Below are positions 24,176-33,745 of a DNA stretch of 63,416 nt, piece after piece. The stretch spans positions 1 through 63,416 of the forward strand of contig JBBDYO010000047.1 in NCBI GenBank assembly GCA_040901495.1, in the 5' to 3' direction. The notes beneath the pieces are model-generated. The model was not told the origin of the DNA. It made no database searches and was given only the letters and a program-made list of their open reading frames with translations. Made by a program: the position numbers and the translations under genes. Position 1 is the first letter of the stretch. Every line of letters begins with the position of its first letter. Source of the DNA: Solirubrobacterales bacterium (GTDB lineage: Bacteria; Actinomycetota; Thermoleophilia; Solirubrobacterales; 70-9).

Positions 24176-24961
24176 GTGCATAGTTGGGCCACGGTCACAG
24201 AAGCGCTGAGGCTGCGCGATGAAGAGGGGCTTGGCGCACGACAGGTCGCCCGTCGTCTTGAGTTGCCTTTGCCGACCGTGCGGGATTGGCACGCGGGAAA
24301 GCTGCCTCGTCACTCCCGCCCCACGAACGGAGCCTACCCGGCCATCTGTCCGGCCTGCGGGCAACAAGAGCATCGATTCGATGGGCTCGGGGCGGCTTAC
24401 GTCCATCTACTTGGGCTTTACCTAGGAGACGGCAGCATCTCCGCTCACGCTCGCGGCGTCCACCGTCTACGCGTCTTCCTGGATATGAAATATCCGAAGA
24501 TTGTTGAGGAATGCATCGAGACGATGCGGGCCACTGTCCCCGAAAATAGTGTGCATGCGCTGCTCACCCCCTCGAATTGCTATTCGGTCTCTGCTTACTC
24601 GCGATCCTGGCCTTGCTTATTTCCCCAGCACGGCCCAGGAATGAAGCACACGCGGCCAATCTTCCTTGCCGACTGGCAGCAGGCGCTTGCAAGGAAGTGG
24701 CCGGAGCAATTGCTCAAGGGATTGATTCAGTCGGACGGATGCCGGTCGTACAGCACTGGCGCTGGGGGCTGGCGACAGCCTCGTTACATCTTTTCCAACT
24801 GCTCCACCGACATCACCAGCATCTTCTGCTCGGCGTGCGATTGCCTAGGGCTGCGATGGACCGCGTCATTTCCGAAACGCGAGTCGGCCGCGGTGTCGAT
24901 CTACGTTTCCCGCAAGGATGATGTGGCAAGGCTCGACGAGTTCATCGGGCCGAAGCGCTGA
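24176..24961 (+). CDS. free-standing double-motif LAGLIDADG endonuclease-like protein with N-terminal HTH and CxxC
   Basis: HLLGLYLGDGSI and LLKGLIQSDGC motifs about 100 aa apart. N-terminal HTH (GLGARQVARRLELPLPTVRDW) and CPACG. GTG at 24176 after GAAAGG; the ORF-track start at 24083 lies inside the tRNA. Confidence 0.65.
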   Translation: MHSWATVTEALRLRDEEGLGARQVARRLELPLPTVRDWHAGKLPRHSRPTNGAYPAICPACGQQEHRFDGLGAAYVHLLGLYLGDGSISAHARGVHRLRVFLDMKYPKIVEECIETMRATVPENSVHALLTPSNCYSVSAYSRSWPCLFPQHGPGMKHTRPIFLADWQQALARKWPEQLLKGLIQSDGCRSYSTGAGGWRQPRYIFSNCSTDITSIFCSACDCLGLRWTASFPKRESAAVSIYVSRKDDVARLDEFIGPKR

Positions 24962-24967
24962 GGTCGA

Positions 24968-25885
24968 TCAGGCGGGTTGCTTGACCTTCGGAGCCTTGTC
25001 GGCGCGGGTGGCATTGGCGACGATCTCGTCGACGAAGGTCGGCCAAAGGGCCTTGGGGAAGTCGTGGCCCATGCCGTCGATCACGCGCAGGTGGGCGCCG
25101 GGGATGGCCCTCGCGGTGGCGCGACCGGCGACGGGGCGGATCAAGGGGTCGCTGGCGCCATGGATGACCGCGGTCGGGACTCGCAGCTGGCGCAACGCCT
25201 GGGTGCGGTCGCCGGAAGCGCTGACCGCGTGCAGCTGGCGGCTGATGCCGGCCCGGTCATGGGAGCGGTCATAGGAGATGCCCGCCAGCTTGCGAAAGCG
25301 CTCCTCGTCCATCGGGTAACCGGGCGAGCCGATGGCGCGGAAGGTCTTCACCGCCTGATCGATTGCCGCATCGCGTCCCTTGACGGGGCGGGCGAGCAGA
25401 GCTCCGAACGCCTTCCAGGTTGGCACCCCAAGCCAGCGGTTGCCGGTGCTCGACATCATCGAGACCAGCGACCGCACGCGCTCGGGTCGGCGGATCGCAA
25501 CCGTCTGCCCGATCATCCCACCCATCGAGGCACCGACCAGATGCGCCGCGTCAATCTTCAGATGGTCCATCAGGCCGGTCGTGTCATCCGCCATGTCACG
25601 CAGCAGGTAGGGAGCCGTGCGGCGGCGACCCAACACCATGTCGGTTCGCTTCGGCAGGCCGGCCGACTCGATCTTGGTCGAGTGGCCGATGTCGCGGTTG
25701 TCGAAACGGACCACGCGAAAGCCGTGCTCGGCCAGCATCGCGCAGAAGGGCTCCTGCCAGGCCACCATCTGGGTCGCGAGGCCCATGATCAACAGGATCG
25801 CCTCGCCATCCGGATCGCCCATTTCCTGGTAGGCGATCTCGATTCCGTTGGCGGGTGCGAGGCGCTCCTCGCTGAGTCCCAGCAT
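24968..25885 (-). CDS. alpha/beta-fold hydrolase
   Basis: HG oxyanion region and GASMGG nucleophile elbow, 305 aa. Confidence 0.8.
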   Translation of the reverse strand: MLGLSEERLAPANGIEIAYQEMGDPDGEAILLIMGLATQMVAWQEPFCAMLAEHGFRVVRFDNRDIGHSTKIESAGLPKRTDMVLGRRRTAPYLLRDMADDTTGLMDHLKIDAAHLVGASMGGMIGQTVAIRRPERVRSLVSMMSSTGNRWLGVPTWKAFGALLARPVKGRDAAIDQAVKTFRAIGSPGYPMDEERFRKLAGISYDRSHDRAGISRQLHAVSASGDRTQALRQLRVPTAVIHGASDPLIRPVAGRATARAIPGAHLRVIDGMGHDFPKALWPTFVDEIVANATRADKAPKVKQPA

Positions 25886-25989
25886 CTGACGATCTTAGCC
25901 CCCACGCCGACCAGTTCTCGATGCGCATCGCGATTGGGGCTATTTCCATAGCGTGATGCGCGCGAAAGCCGAACGGCTAAGTTGGGCGA

Positions 25990-27099
25990 GTGCGCACCGC
26001 GATCGTCTCCGACCTGCACCTGGGCAGCGCCTTCGGCGAGGACCTACTGCGCGACGCCGGCATCCGCCGAGTGCTCTTGGAGGAGATCGGGACGGCCGAC
26101 CGGGTCGTCCTGCTTGGCGACGTGCTCGAGCTGCGCGAACTGCAGCTCATAACGGTGCTGGAGAGCAGCCAACCTTTCTTCGAGGAGTTGGGTGAGGCGA
26201 TGGCGGGCCGCCAAGTCGTGCTCGTCCCCGGAAATCACGATTACCGACTCGCCGAGCCACTGCTCGAAGAGACCGCGCTCGCGGAGCAGCCACTCGGCCT
26301 GGAGCAACGCGCCCCCGCCTCCACCGATCCTGCCTCCCGGATCGCGAGCTGGCTGGGCAGCGCCGAGCTGGAGATCGCCTACCCCGGGGTCTGGCTGCGC
26401 GACGACGTCTACGCGACCCACGGTCACTACATGGACTGCCATATGAGCCTGCCCCGGATCGAGTGCATAGCGGCGGCGGCGATGATGCGCCGCTTTGGGG
26501 CATTGCCCAACCCCGCTACCCCCGCCGACTACGAGCGGGTCCTGCGGCCGATCTACGGGTTCTCCTTCTCGCTCGCCCAATCTGGCTCGGCGCGGGAGGC
26601 GACCCGCCCCTCCGAGCGCGCCTGGCGCGCGATCTCCAGCAACGGCGCGCGCGGCAGTCGTGCGCGGCGCGCGGCGCTGGGGGCCGCCGTCAAGGCTGGG
26701 ATTCCAGCCACCATCTGGAGCATCAACCGACTGCTCCGCGCCGGCTTCAGCGCCGACCTCTCCCCCACTTCAATCACCGGCAGCGGCATCTCCGGCGCCA
26801 CCCAGATGAGCGAGCGACTGGACATCCAGGCCGCCCATGTGATCACCGGCCACACTCACCGGGCGGGGCCGACGAGCAAGGACGGCGAGTGGGCGCTGCC
26901 CGGTGGTGGCCGCCTCCACAACACCGGCAGCTGGATCTTCGCCTCCGCCTTTCACCACCCGGGGACCCCTCCCGGCCCCTACTGGCCGGGAACCGTGACC
27001 TGGATCGAGGGCGACGCACCGCCCCGACGAGTACGGCTTCTAACCGAGAGCTCGCGGGAGGAACTGAAGGCCATGGTCACCCGTCATATAGCGAGGTAG
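25990..27099 (+). CDS. metallophosphoesterase
   Basis: VSDLHLG, GDVLE, GNHD, HGH and GHTH motifs. Confidence 0.75.
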   Translation: MRTAIVSDLHLGSAFGEDLLRDAGIRRVLLEEIGTADRVVLLGDVLELRELQLITVLESSQPFFEELGEAMAGRQVVLVPGNHDYRLAEPLLEETALAEQPLGLEQRAPASTDPASRIASWLGSAELEIAYPGVWLRDDVYATHGHYMDCHMSLPRIECIAAAAMMRRFGALPNPATPADYERVLRPIYGFSFSLAQSGSAREATRPSERAWRAISSNGARGSRARRAALGAAVKAGIPATIWSINRLLRAGFSADLSPTSITGSGISGATQMSERLDIQAAHVITGHTHRAGPTSKDGEWALPGGGRLHNTGSWIFASAFHHPGTPPGPYWPGTVTWIEGDAPPRRVRLLTESSREELKAMVTRHIAR

Positions 27100-27103
27100 G
27101 CCC

Positions 27104-27988
27104 TCAGCTGTCCGAAAGCCACTCGGCGACGATCCGCCCGATCTCCTCGCCGGCGTCCTCCTGGAGGTAGTGACCGGCGTTCTCGATTTTCCGCGGCGGC
27201 GGGTAGCCGAGCGCCTCGGAGACCATCTCGCCTACCGAGAAGGGAAGCGCAGGGTCCGAGTCGGCCCAGAGCACCAGGGTCGGGCGCTCGTCCTCACGCA
27301 GCGCCACCGCCAGACGCTGGCCCTCGGCCGCGCCCGGCATGTCGGGCTCGGTCGGCAGGATCAGCGGGAAGGCACGCGCGCCCGCCTTCGACTCGGGATT
27401 GGGGAAAGGCGCGTCGTAGGCGGCAATGACGTCATCTCCGGGGTCGTTCTTGCAGCCGGCCTTGACCAGGAAGCCGGTTGGCACATCCTCGTTGCTGCGC
27501 ACGAAGTCGCGGAATTTGAGCCAGGTGTCGCTCATCTTCTGATAGCCGGTGAAGGGGCCGGTGTCCATGATCACGATCCGGTTGAAGCGCTCGGGATGCT
27601 CGACCGCGAGCCGCAGTCCGATCGGCCCGCCCCAGTCGTGGACGACGGCGGTCGCATCGCGCACGTCCAGCTCCTCGAGCAGCGCTGCCATCAATTCGAC
27701 GTGGCGGTCATAGGTGTACCAATCGAGGTCGGTTGGCTTGTCGGAGCGGCCGAAGCCGGCGAAGTCGGGCGCGATGCAGCGGTAGCCGGCATCGCGAACC
27801 GGCGGGATCACCTTGCGCCAGAGGAACGACCAGGTCGGCTCTCCGTGGAAGAAGACAACCGGCTTGCCCTCCCCCTCGTCGAGATAGGCGAGCCGTAGTC
27901 CGTCTATCTCCCGGTAGCTCGACTCGAAGGGAAAGTCGGGCAGCCCCTGCAACTGCTCGTCCGGCGTTCTCATGACATCGGCGCTCAC
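27104..27988 (-). CDS. haloalkane dehalogenase-type alpha/beta hydrolase
   Basis: FFHGEPTWSFLWRKV and VVHDWGG (nucleophilic Asp) motifs, 294 aa. Confidence 0.75.
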   Translation of the reverse strand: MSADVMRTPDEQLQGLPDFPFESSYREIDGLRLAYLDEGEGKPVVFFHGEPTWSFLWRKVIPPVRDAGYRCIAPDFAGFGRSDKPTDLDWYTYDRHVELMAALLEELDVRDATAVVHDWGGPIGLRLAVEHPERFNRIVIMDTGPFTGYQKMSDTWLKFRDFVRSNEDVPTGFLVKAGCKNDPGDDVIAAYDAPFPNPESKAGARAFPLILPTEPDMPGAAEGQRLAVALREDERPTLVLWADSDPALPFSVGEMVSEALGYPPPRKIENAGHYLQEDAGEEIGRIVAEWLSDS

Positions 27989-28141
27989 GGCGCGAGTCTA
28001 TCCGCGACGCATCAGTGCAGTCGAAACCGTTTCAACTTCATTCTTGACATTCCTGATGAACATTGTGTTAGGGTGCCCGCCTCTTTTAGAACCAAGTTAG
28101 TCAAGAAACTAAGCAACTCAAGAAAGAAGGGGAGCACCCCA

Positions 28142-29170
28142 ATGCCAAACGCCCGTGAGAAAACCCGGTGGAGCAACGTGAGCGTCGGCCTCATGGCCGC
28201 CCTCCTCGTCCTCGCCTTTGCAGCTGTGGGAATCGGCTGCGGCTCCTCCGACTCGACGAGCGGTGGCAAGCTCGACATCGTCGGCTACTCCACCCCGGAG
28301 GCCGTCTATGAGGAAGCGCTCGAGCCCGGCTTCGAAGCTACCCCTGAGGGCGCTGACGTCAGCTTCAGCAACTCCTTCGGCGCCTCTGGCGACCAGAGCC
28401 GCGCGGTCGAGGCCGGCCAGCCTGCCTCGGTCATCCACTTCGCCCAGGGCGGCGACATGATCCGCCTGGTCGAATCCGGCCAGGTCGCAGCCGACTGGGA
28501 CAAGCAGCAGTACGACGGCATCGCCCAGGACTCGGTGATGGTGCTGACGGTCCGCAAGGGCAACCCCGAGGGCCTCGAGTCGATCGACGACCTGCTCACC
28601 GAGGACGTCGAGATCATCACCCCCAACCCGTTCAGCTCCGGAGCCGCCCGCTGGAACATCATGGCGATCTACGGCTCGCAGCTGCACCAGGGCAAATCCG
28701 AGCAGGAGGCGCTCGACGCGGTCAAGACCGTGCTTGAGAAGACAGTGGTCCAGCCGGGCAGCGCCCGCGACGCGCTTGCCGCCTTCACCCAGGGCGAGGG
28801 CGACGTGCTCCTCGGCTACGAGAACGAGGCGATCAAGGCCCAAACCGAGGGCGAGGACGTCGATTACGTGATCCCGCCGAGCACGATCCTGATCGAGACT
28901 CCGATCGCGGTCACCAAAGACGCTCCGGAGTCCGCGCAGAAGTTCCTCGACTACATCTGGTCGGACGCCGGCCAGGAACTCTGGGCTGAGAACGGCTACC
29001 GGCCGGTCAACCCGAAACTGGTCGACGAGAAGCAGTTCCCGACCCCCGAGGACCTGTTCACGATCGACGAGTTCGGCGGCTGGGCAACGGTCAACGACGA
29101 GTTCTTCGACGACGAAACCGGCTCGGTAGCCGAGATCGAGAAGGAACTCGGAGTCTCCACCAGCGGCTGA
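28142..29170 (+). CDS. sulfate/thiosulfate ABC transporter substrate-binding lipoprotein
   Basis: Lipobox AVGIGC, Sbp/CysP-like sequence, RBS GAAGGGGAG, followed by cysTWA. Confidence 0.85.
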   Translation: MPNAREKTRWSNVSVGLMAALLVLAFAAVGIGCGSSDSTSGGKLDIVGYSTPEAVYEEALEPGFEATPEGADVSFSNSFGASGDQSRAVEAGQPASVIHFAQGGDMIRLVESGQVAADWDKQQYDGIAQDSVMVLTVRKGNPEGLESIDDLLTEDVEIITPNPFSSGAARWNIMAIYGSQLHQGKSEQEALDAVKTVLEKTVVQPGSARDALAAFTQGEGDVLLGYENEAIKAQTEGEDVDYVIPPSTILIETPIAVTKDAPESAQKFLDYIWSDAGQELWAENGYRPVNPKLVDEKQFPTPEDLFTIDEFGGWATVNDEFFDDETGSVAEIEKELGVSTSG

Positions 29171-30075
29171 TGGACGCTCACCCGGCAAACATTCCCCCAT
29201 CCACAGCACCCCGGGCGGGCATCCGCCTGCCCGGGCTCGGCGTCGGCCTCGGTCGAGGCATGGTCGTCCTCTACCTGTCCCTGATGGTGATGCTGCCGCT
29301 GGCCGCCGTGGTCGCCGAGTCGACCAGCGGTGGCTTCGGCGCCTTCTGGAACTCGGTCACCGGCGCCCAGTCGCTGGCAGCGCTGAAACTGACCGTGATC
29401 AGCTCGCTGATCGTGGTCGCGATCAACGCGGTCTTCGGCACGATCATCGCCTGGGTCCTGGTCCGCGACGAGTTCCCCGGCAAGGGCGCCGTCAACGCTC
29501 TAATCGACCTCCCCTTCGCGCTGCCGACGATCGTCGCCGGCCTGACCCTGCTGACGCTCTACGGATCCGAGAGCCCGTTCGGCCTCAACATCGCCTTCAC
29601 CAGGGTGGCGATCGTGGTCGCCCTCTGCTTCATCACCCTGCCCTTCGTCGTCCGCGCGGTGCAACCGCTGCTGATGGAGATGGACCGTGAGATGGAGGAG
29701 GCGGCGACCTCGCTCGGCGCCGGCGGCTTCACCGTCTTCCGGCGGATCATCTTCCCCAACCTGTTGCCGGGAATCGTCGCCGGTGTCCTGCTCGCCTTCG
29801 CGCGGGCGCTGGGCGAGTACGGCTCGCTGATCCTGATCTCCGGCAACCGCCCCTTCGAAACCGAGGTCTCCTCGGTCTTCATCCGCAGCCAAATCGAGAC
29901 CGGCAACGTCGCCGGCGCATCCGCGGTGTCGGTCGTGCTGCTGGCGATCTCGCTGGCGCTGCTGATCGGGGTCAGCCTCTTCGCTCGCTCCGGCGCGCAC
30001 GGTGAGAAGCGGAGCATCTTCGGACGCCTCTTCAAGCGGCTCTTTGACCGCTACGGGGGGGTGTACAACAAGTGA
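29170..30075 (+). CDS. cysT: sulfate ABC transporter permease CysT
   Basis: Six-TM permease with EAA loop (EEAATSLGAGGFTVFRRIIFP). Start overlaps the sbp stop. Confidence 0.85.
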   Translation: MDAHPANIPPSTAPRAGIRLPGLGVGLGRGMVVLYLSLMVMLPLAAVVAESTSGGFGAFWNSVTGAQSLAALKLTVISSLIVVAINAVFGTIIAWVLVRDEFPGKGAVNALIDLPFALPTIVAGLTLLTLYGSESPFGLNIAFTRVAIVVALCFITLPFVVRAVQPLLMEMDREMEEAATSLGAGGFTVFRRIIFPNLLPGIVAGVLLAFARALGEYGSLILISGNRPFETEVSSVFIRSQIETGNVAGASAVSVVLLAISLALLIGVSLFARSGAHGEKRSIFGRLFKRLFDRYGGVYNK

Positions 30076-30947
30076 CCCCCGCCAAGCCCGCCAAATGGGG
30101 CCTTCGCACCCTCGCCTTCGGCTACCTGGGCCTGCTTCTGCTGGCCCCGGTGGGAATGATCTTCTACAAGACCTTCGAGCACGGCCTCGGGCCGCCGATC
30201 GAAGCGATGACCTCGCCCGACGCCATTCACGCGATCTGGCTGACGCTGCTGATGGTCGCGGTCGCGGTACCGCTGAACACGATCTTCGGGGTCGTCTGCG
30301 CGCTGCTGCTCGTCCGCCACAAGTGGAAGGGCAACGCGGTGCTCGACGGGATCATCAACCTCCCCTTCGCGATCTCCCCGATCGTCGTCGGCCTGGCGCT
30401 GTTCCTGCTCTACGGAAACGACGGCTGGTTCGGGCCGACGCTGAGCGAATGGGGCATCCAGGTCCTCTTCTCAACCCCGGGGATGATCCTCGCCAGCGTC
30501 TTCGTCTCGCTGCCATTCGTCGTCCGCGAGGTGGTCCCGGTCCTGCAGGAGATCGGCACCGAGCAGGAGCAGGCGGCCTCCACCCTGGGCGCCAACGGCT
30601 GGCAGACCTTCTGGCGAGTCACCCTGCCGGCGATCCGCTGGGGGGTCGCCTACGGAGTCGTGCTGACCACCGCCCGCGTGCTGGGCGAGTTCGGCGCGGT
30701 GACGATCGTCTCCGGCTCGATCTCGGGCGAGACCGAGACGCTGCCGCTGTTCGTCGCTAAGGCCTTCGAGCAGTTCAACGAGGAAGCCGCCTACGCCGGC
30801 GCGATCGTCCTCGCCCTGCTCGCTCTGACCACCCTGCTGCTGATGAGCATCGGCGGCCGCAAAACGAAGGCCCAGTCCAGCGGGCCGATCCCGATCACGG
30901 GTGACGTCCCAATCTCAACGTCCAAATCAAAGGAGGAGGGTTCCTGA
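30072..30947 (+). CDS. cysW: sulfate ABC transporter permease CysW
   Basis: Second permease with EAA loop ([21 protein letters not shown]). 4-nt overlap with cysT. Confidence 0.85.
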   Translation: MTPAKPAKWGLRTLAFGYLGLLLLAPVGMIFYKTFEHGLGPPIEAMTSPDAIHAIWLTLLMVAVAVPLNTIFGVVCALLLVRHKWKGNAVLDGIINLPFAISPIVVGLALFLLYGNDGWFGPTLSEWGIQVLFSTPGMILASVFVSLPFVVREVVPVLQEIGTEQEQAASTLGANGWQTFWRVTLPAIRWGVAYGVVLTTARVLGEFGAVTIVSGSISGETETLPLFVAKAFEQFNEEAAYAGAIVLALLALTTLLLMSIGGRKTKAQSSGPIPITGDVPISTSKSKEEGS

Positions 30948-31990
30948 TGGGAATCGCAGTCGAGGGAGCGCGCAAGCGCTTCGGTGACTTTCAGGCTCTT
31001 GACGATGTTTCGATAAACGTGCCCGACGGCTCGCTGACGGCGCTGCTCGGGCCCAGCGGCAGCGGCAAGTCGACGCTGCTGCGGGCGATCGCCGGGCTGG
31101 AGACGCTCGATGCCGGCCAGGTTGTGATCAACGGCGCCGATGCGACGGCGACGCCGGCGCAGAAGCGCGAGGTCGGCTTCGTCTTCCAGCACTACGCGGC
31201 CTTCAAGCACATGACGGTGTTCGGGAACGTCGCCTTCGGGCTGAAGATCCGCAAGTGGGAGAAGGCCAAGATCAGCGACCGGGTGCACGAGCTGCTGCGC
31301 CTGGTCCAGCTCGACGGCCTCGCCGAGCGCTACCCCGACCAGCTCTCCGGCGGCCAGCGCCAGCGCATGGCCCTGGCCAGGGCGCTGGCGGTCGAGCCGC
31401 AGGTCCTCCTGCTCGATGAGCCGTTCGGGGCGCTTGACGCGAAGGTCCGCAAGGACCTGCGCACCTGGCTGCGCCGCCTCCACGACGAGATGCACGTGAC
31501 GACGATCTTCGTCACCCACGACCAGGAGGAGGCGATGGACGTCGCCGAGCAGCTGGTCGTGATGAACGAAGGCCGGGTCGAGCAGTCGGGGACCGCCGAC
31601 GACCTCTATGACCATCCCGCCAACGAGTTCGTGATGAGCTTCGTCGGCGAGGTCAACCGGCTCGGCGAGCACTTCGTCCGGCCGCACGACATGGAGGTCG
31701 TGCTCGATGCCGACGAGCGGACCGAGGAGGCGATGGTCCAGCGGATCGTCGCGCTCGGCTTCGAGATCCGGGTCGAGTTCGTGCTCGGCGACGGCACCGA
31801 GGTATGGGCCCAGCTGACCCGTAGCGAGCTCCAGAAGCTGGAGTTGCGCGAGGGCCAGATCGTCTACCTGCGGCCCGGGCAAATCAAGAGCTTCAGCGGT
31901 GATGCGCCATCGCCTAACGGCCGCGGGGCCTCGACTCCCCGCGACCCAGAGGGCGATGACGACGTGGAGGTTTCCTCCGCAGCCGCCTGA
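30947..31990 (+). CDS. cysA: sulfate ABC transporter ATP-binding protein CysA
   Basis: [17 protein letters not shown] and LLLDEPF motifs, plus a TOBE-like C-terminal domain. Confidence 0.9.
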   Translation: MGIAVEGARKRFGDFQALDDVSINVPDGSLTALLGPSGSGKSTLLRAIAGLETLDAGQVVINGADATATPAQKREVGFVFQHYAAFKHMTVFGNVAFGLKIRKWEKAKISDRVHELLRLVQLDGLAERYPDQLSGGQRQRMALARALAVEPQVLLLDEPFGALDAKVRKDLRTWLRRLHDEMHVTTIFVTHDQEEAMDVAEQLVVMNEGRVEQSGTADDLYDHPANEFVMSFVGEVNRLGEHFVRPHDMEVVLDADERTEEAMVQRIVALGFEIRVEFVLGDGTEVWAQLTRSELQKLELREGQIVYLRPGQIKSFSGDAPSPNGRGASTPRDPEGDDDVEVSSAAA

Positions 31991-32000
31991 AGGGGCGACA

Positions 32001-32038
32001 GGGGTGGGGCGCCCTTTTGCCGGGTGGCGCCCCGCCCC
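32001..32038. terminator. GC-rich hairpin between convergent cysA and the phoD-like gene
   Basis: GGGGTGGGGCGCC (32001-32013) pairs with GGCGCCCCGCCCC (32026-32038) with one wobble and a 12-nt loop. No U-tract. Confidence 0.45.
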
Positions 32039-32047
32039 ACCTCGCCC

Positions 32048-33691
32048 TCAAGCGATGCGGCGCTCGAAGGTCTTTTCGAGCGAGACCTCGTCCTCCTCGC
32101 CGGCGATCGTCTTGTCCAGCCGCACCGTCGCCGTTCGGCCATTGAGGTGCACGGTTCCGACCTGGTTGTCGAAGTACGGCCCCTCCAGTAGGCGCCAGCG
32201 GATGCCAGGGTCCGGAACGCCCGCGACTTTGGCCAGCGAACGCGTCAACGCTTTGAAGGGAGCGGAGAAGCCAATTCGGATCGCCTTGCGCTCGCGCTCG
32301 TCGAGCGGGTTTCGATAGGGCGAACAGACCGCCTGTACAACTGGGCTCTTCACTCCCGCGCCTTGCTTGAAGGCGACATCGCAAAGGTAGGCATGATGCA
32401 CGTCGCCGGAGAGAATCACGATCGACGCCGGCGGCTTCCCACGCTTGCCCGAGCCCACCTCTTCCAACAGCTTGCGGAATCGCTGGAAGGAGAACTGGAA
32501 GGCCGCCCAGTGGTCAAAGTCACCGAGGCGGCGCAGCTTCTCGCTGCCCCGAGCCAGCAGGCCTCCCCAGGCGCCATCGCAGAGTCGCTCGTTCCAGGCC
32601 TCTAGATAGTGGAAGCCAGGAGAGAGAAGGTAGGGAACCGTGGTGGCGATCAGCAGGTGATCGAAGTCACCGCTGGCGTGGTCGACGATCCAGTCCCAGA
32701 CATCGTCGTCGAACATCGAACGTCGGTCCTCGGTCAGGACGCGGGCAGCGCGTGAGTCCAGGAACACGACACGCACCCCGTCGATGTCGCGGCAGAAGCT
32801 CCAGCGGGTTCCCGCCGCGGTGGAATCGATGCTCCTCGCCCACTCGCGCAGCACGCTGGTCGCATCGGGATTTCCCCGCACTCGCAGATAGACATCGTTC
32901 TCGTCCAGCTCGCGCGGTGAGAGGTTTCCGAGGTGCTGGTAGATCCAGTAGCTCATGATGCCGCCGATAGCGCGCTCGTGCCACCAGTCTTTCTTTTCCA
33001 TCTCCTCATGCCAAGAGCGGGAGATGTTCCAGTCGTCGCTCATGTCGTGGTCGTCCCAAACCATTGAGGTGGAGACCGTGGAGAAGAGCCAGCGAATCAG
33101 CTTGTCCTCCCAGGCCTCTCCGTAAAGCCAGGTGTACTCCTCAAAGTCGATGACCTCCTCCCCCGGTGGCCTGCTGGTGTCGCGCCGGGCGCGGATCCGC
33201 TCACGCGCCGCGGGCGATCCCTCATCGACGTAGACCTGGTCGCCAAGCAGGAGGAGCAACTCCGGCCACTCGTCACGCTCAGCGCGAATCATCTGGCGCG
33301 CAAGGACGTAGAGCGCGTCGAGCTCGTGGCCGTCTTCGTGGCTGTCCTTGCTCTTCGTATAGGGCTCCTCGTGTGGCAGCGCGACTCGACAGGACCCGAA
33401 GCAGATGTCGAGCGGCTTGTCCTTAGCGAAGGGTCTGATTACGCTCGGAGGCAGGTCATCTGACGATCGCGGCCAGCAGGGCTCGCCGTCAAGCGCGACC
33501 TCGTACTCATAGAAGCCCCCCGGCTCGAGGCCCTCGACCCGAACCAGCGCGTAGTGATGCCCTTCGACGCCGAAGGTCGGCTCACGGTGACCAAGGATCT
33601 CCACCTCGCACGGCCCACTCGTCTCCACCCAGATCGTCGCCTCGGTTCCCGAGACATAGCGCAGCGCTGGACCCAGAAGAAGCTTGGCCAT
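32048..33691 (-). CDS. PhoD-like phosphatase (alkaline phosphatase D family metallophosphatase), no signal peptide seen
   Basis: The N-terminal beta-sandwich (ATIWVETSGPCEVEI ... YEYEV) and metallophosphatase motifs (GDQVY, WDDHD, GDVHH) match the family. The N-terminus MAKLLLGPALRY lacks a Tat/Sec signal. Confidence 0.7.
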   Translation of the reverse strand: MAKLLLGPALRYVSGTEATIWVETSGPCEVEILGHREPTFGVEGHHYALVRVEGLEPGGFYEYEVALDGEPCWPRSSDDLPPSVIRPFAKDKPLDICFGSCRVALPHEEPYTKSKDSHEDGHELDALYVLARQMIRAERDEWPELLLLLGDQVYVDEGSPAARERIRARRDTSRPPGEEVIDFEEYTWLYGEAWEDKLIRWLFSTVSTSMVWDDHDMSDDWNISRSWHEEMEKKDWWHERAIGGIMSYWIYQHLGNLSPRELDENDVYLRVRGNPDATSVLREWARSIDSTAAGTRWSFCRDIDGVRVVFLDSRAARVLTEDRRSMFDDDVWDWIVDHASGDFDHLLIATTVPYLLSPGFHYLEAWNERLCDGAWGGLLARGSEKLRRLGDFDHWAAFQFSFQRFRKLLEEVGSGKRGKPPASIVILSGDVHHAYLCDVAFKQGAGVKSPVVQAVCSPYRNPLDERERKAIRIGFSAPFKALTRSLAKVAGVPDPGIRWRLLEGPYFDNQVGTVHLNGRTATVRLDKTIAGEEDEVSLEKTFERRIA

Positions 33692-33722
33692 ATCGCATCC
33701 CTTCCCACTTCCCTCTTTTGTA

Positions 33723-33745
33723 TTCTTGAGTTATATACTCAAGAA
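33723..33745. promoter_or_regulatory. perfect palindrome TTCTTGAGT-N5-ACTCAAGAA in an AT-rich promoter region
   Basis: 9-bp arms at 33723-33731 and 33737-33745, 32-54 nt upstream of the phoD-like ATG. Shares the TCAAGAAAC word with the sbp and multicopper-oxidase upstream regions. Confidence 0.5.

Noticed and set aside
25919-25930. 12-bp perfect palindrome CGATGCGCATCG in the divergent hydrolase/phosphoesterase intergenic region.
   Set aside because: It is short and GC-rich, occurs only once, and has no matching known operator. That is insufficient to call a regulatory site.
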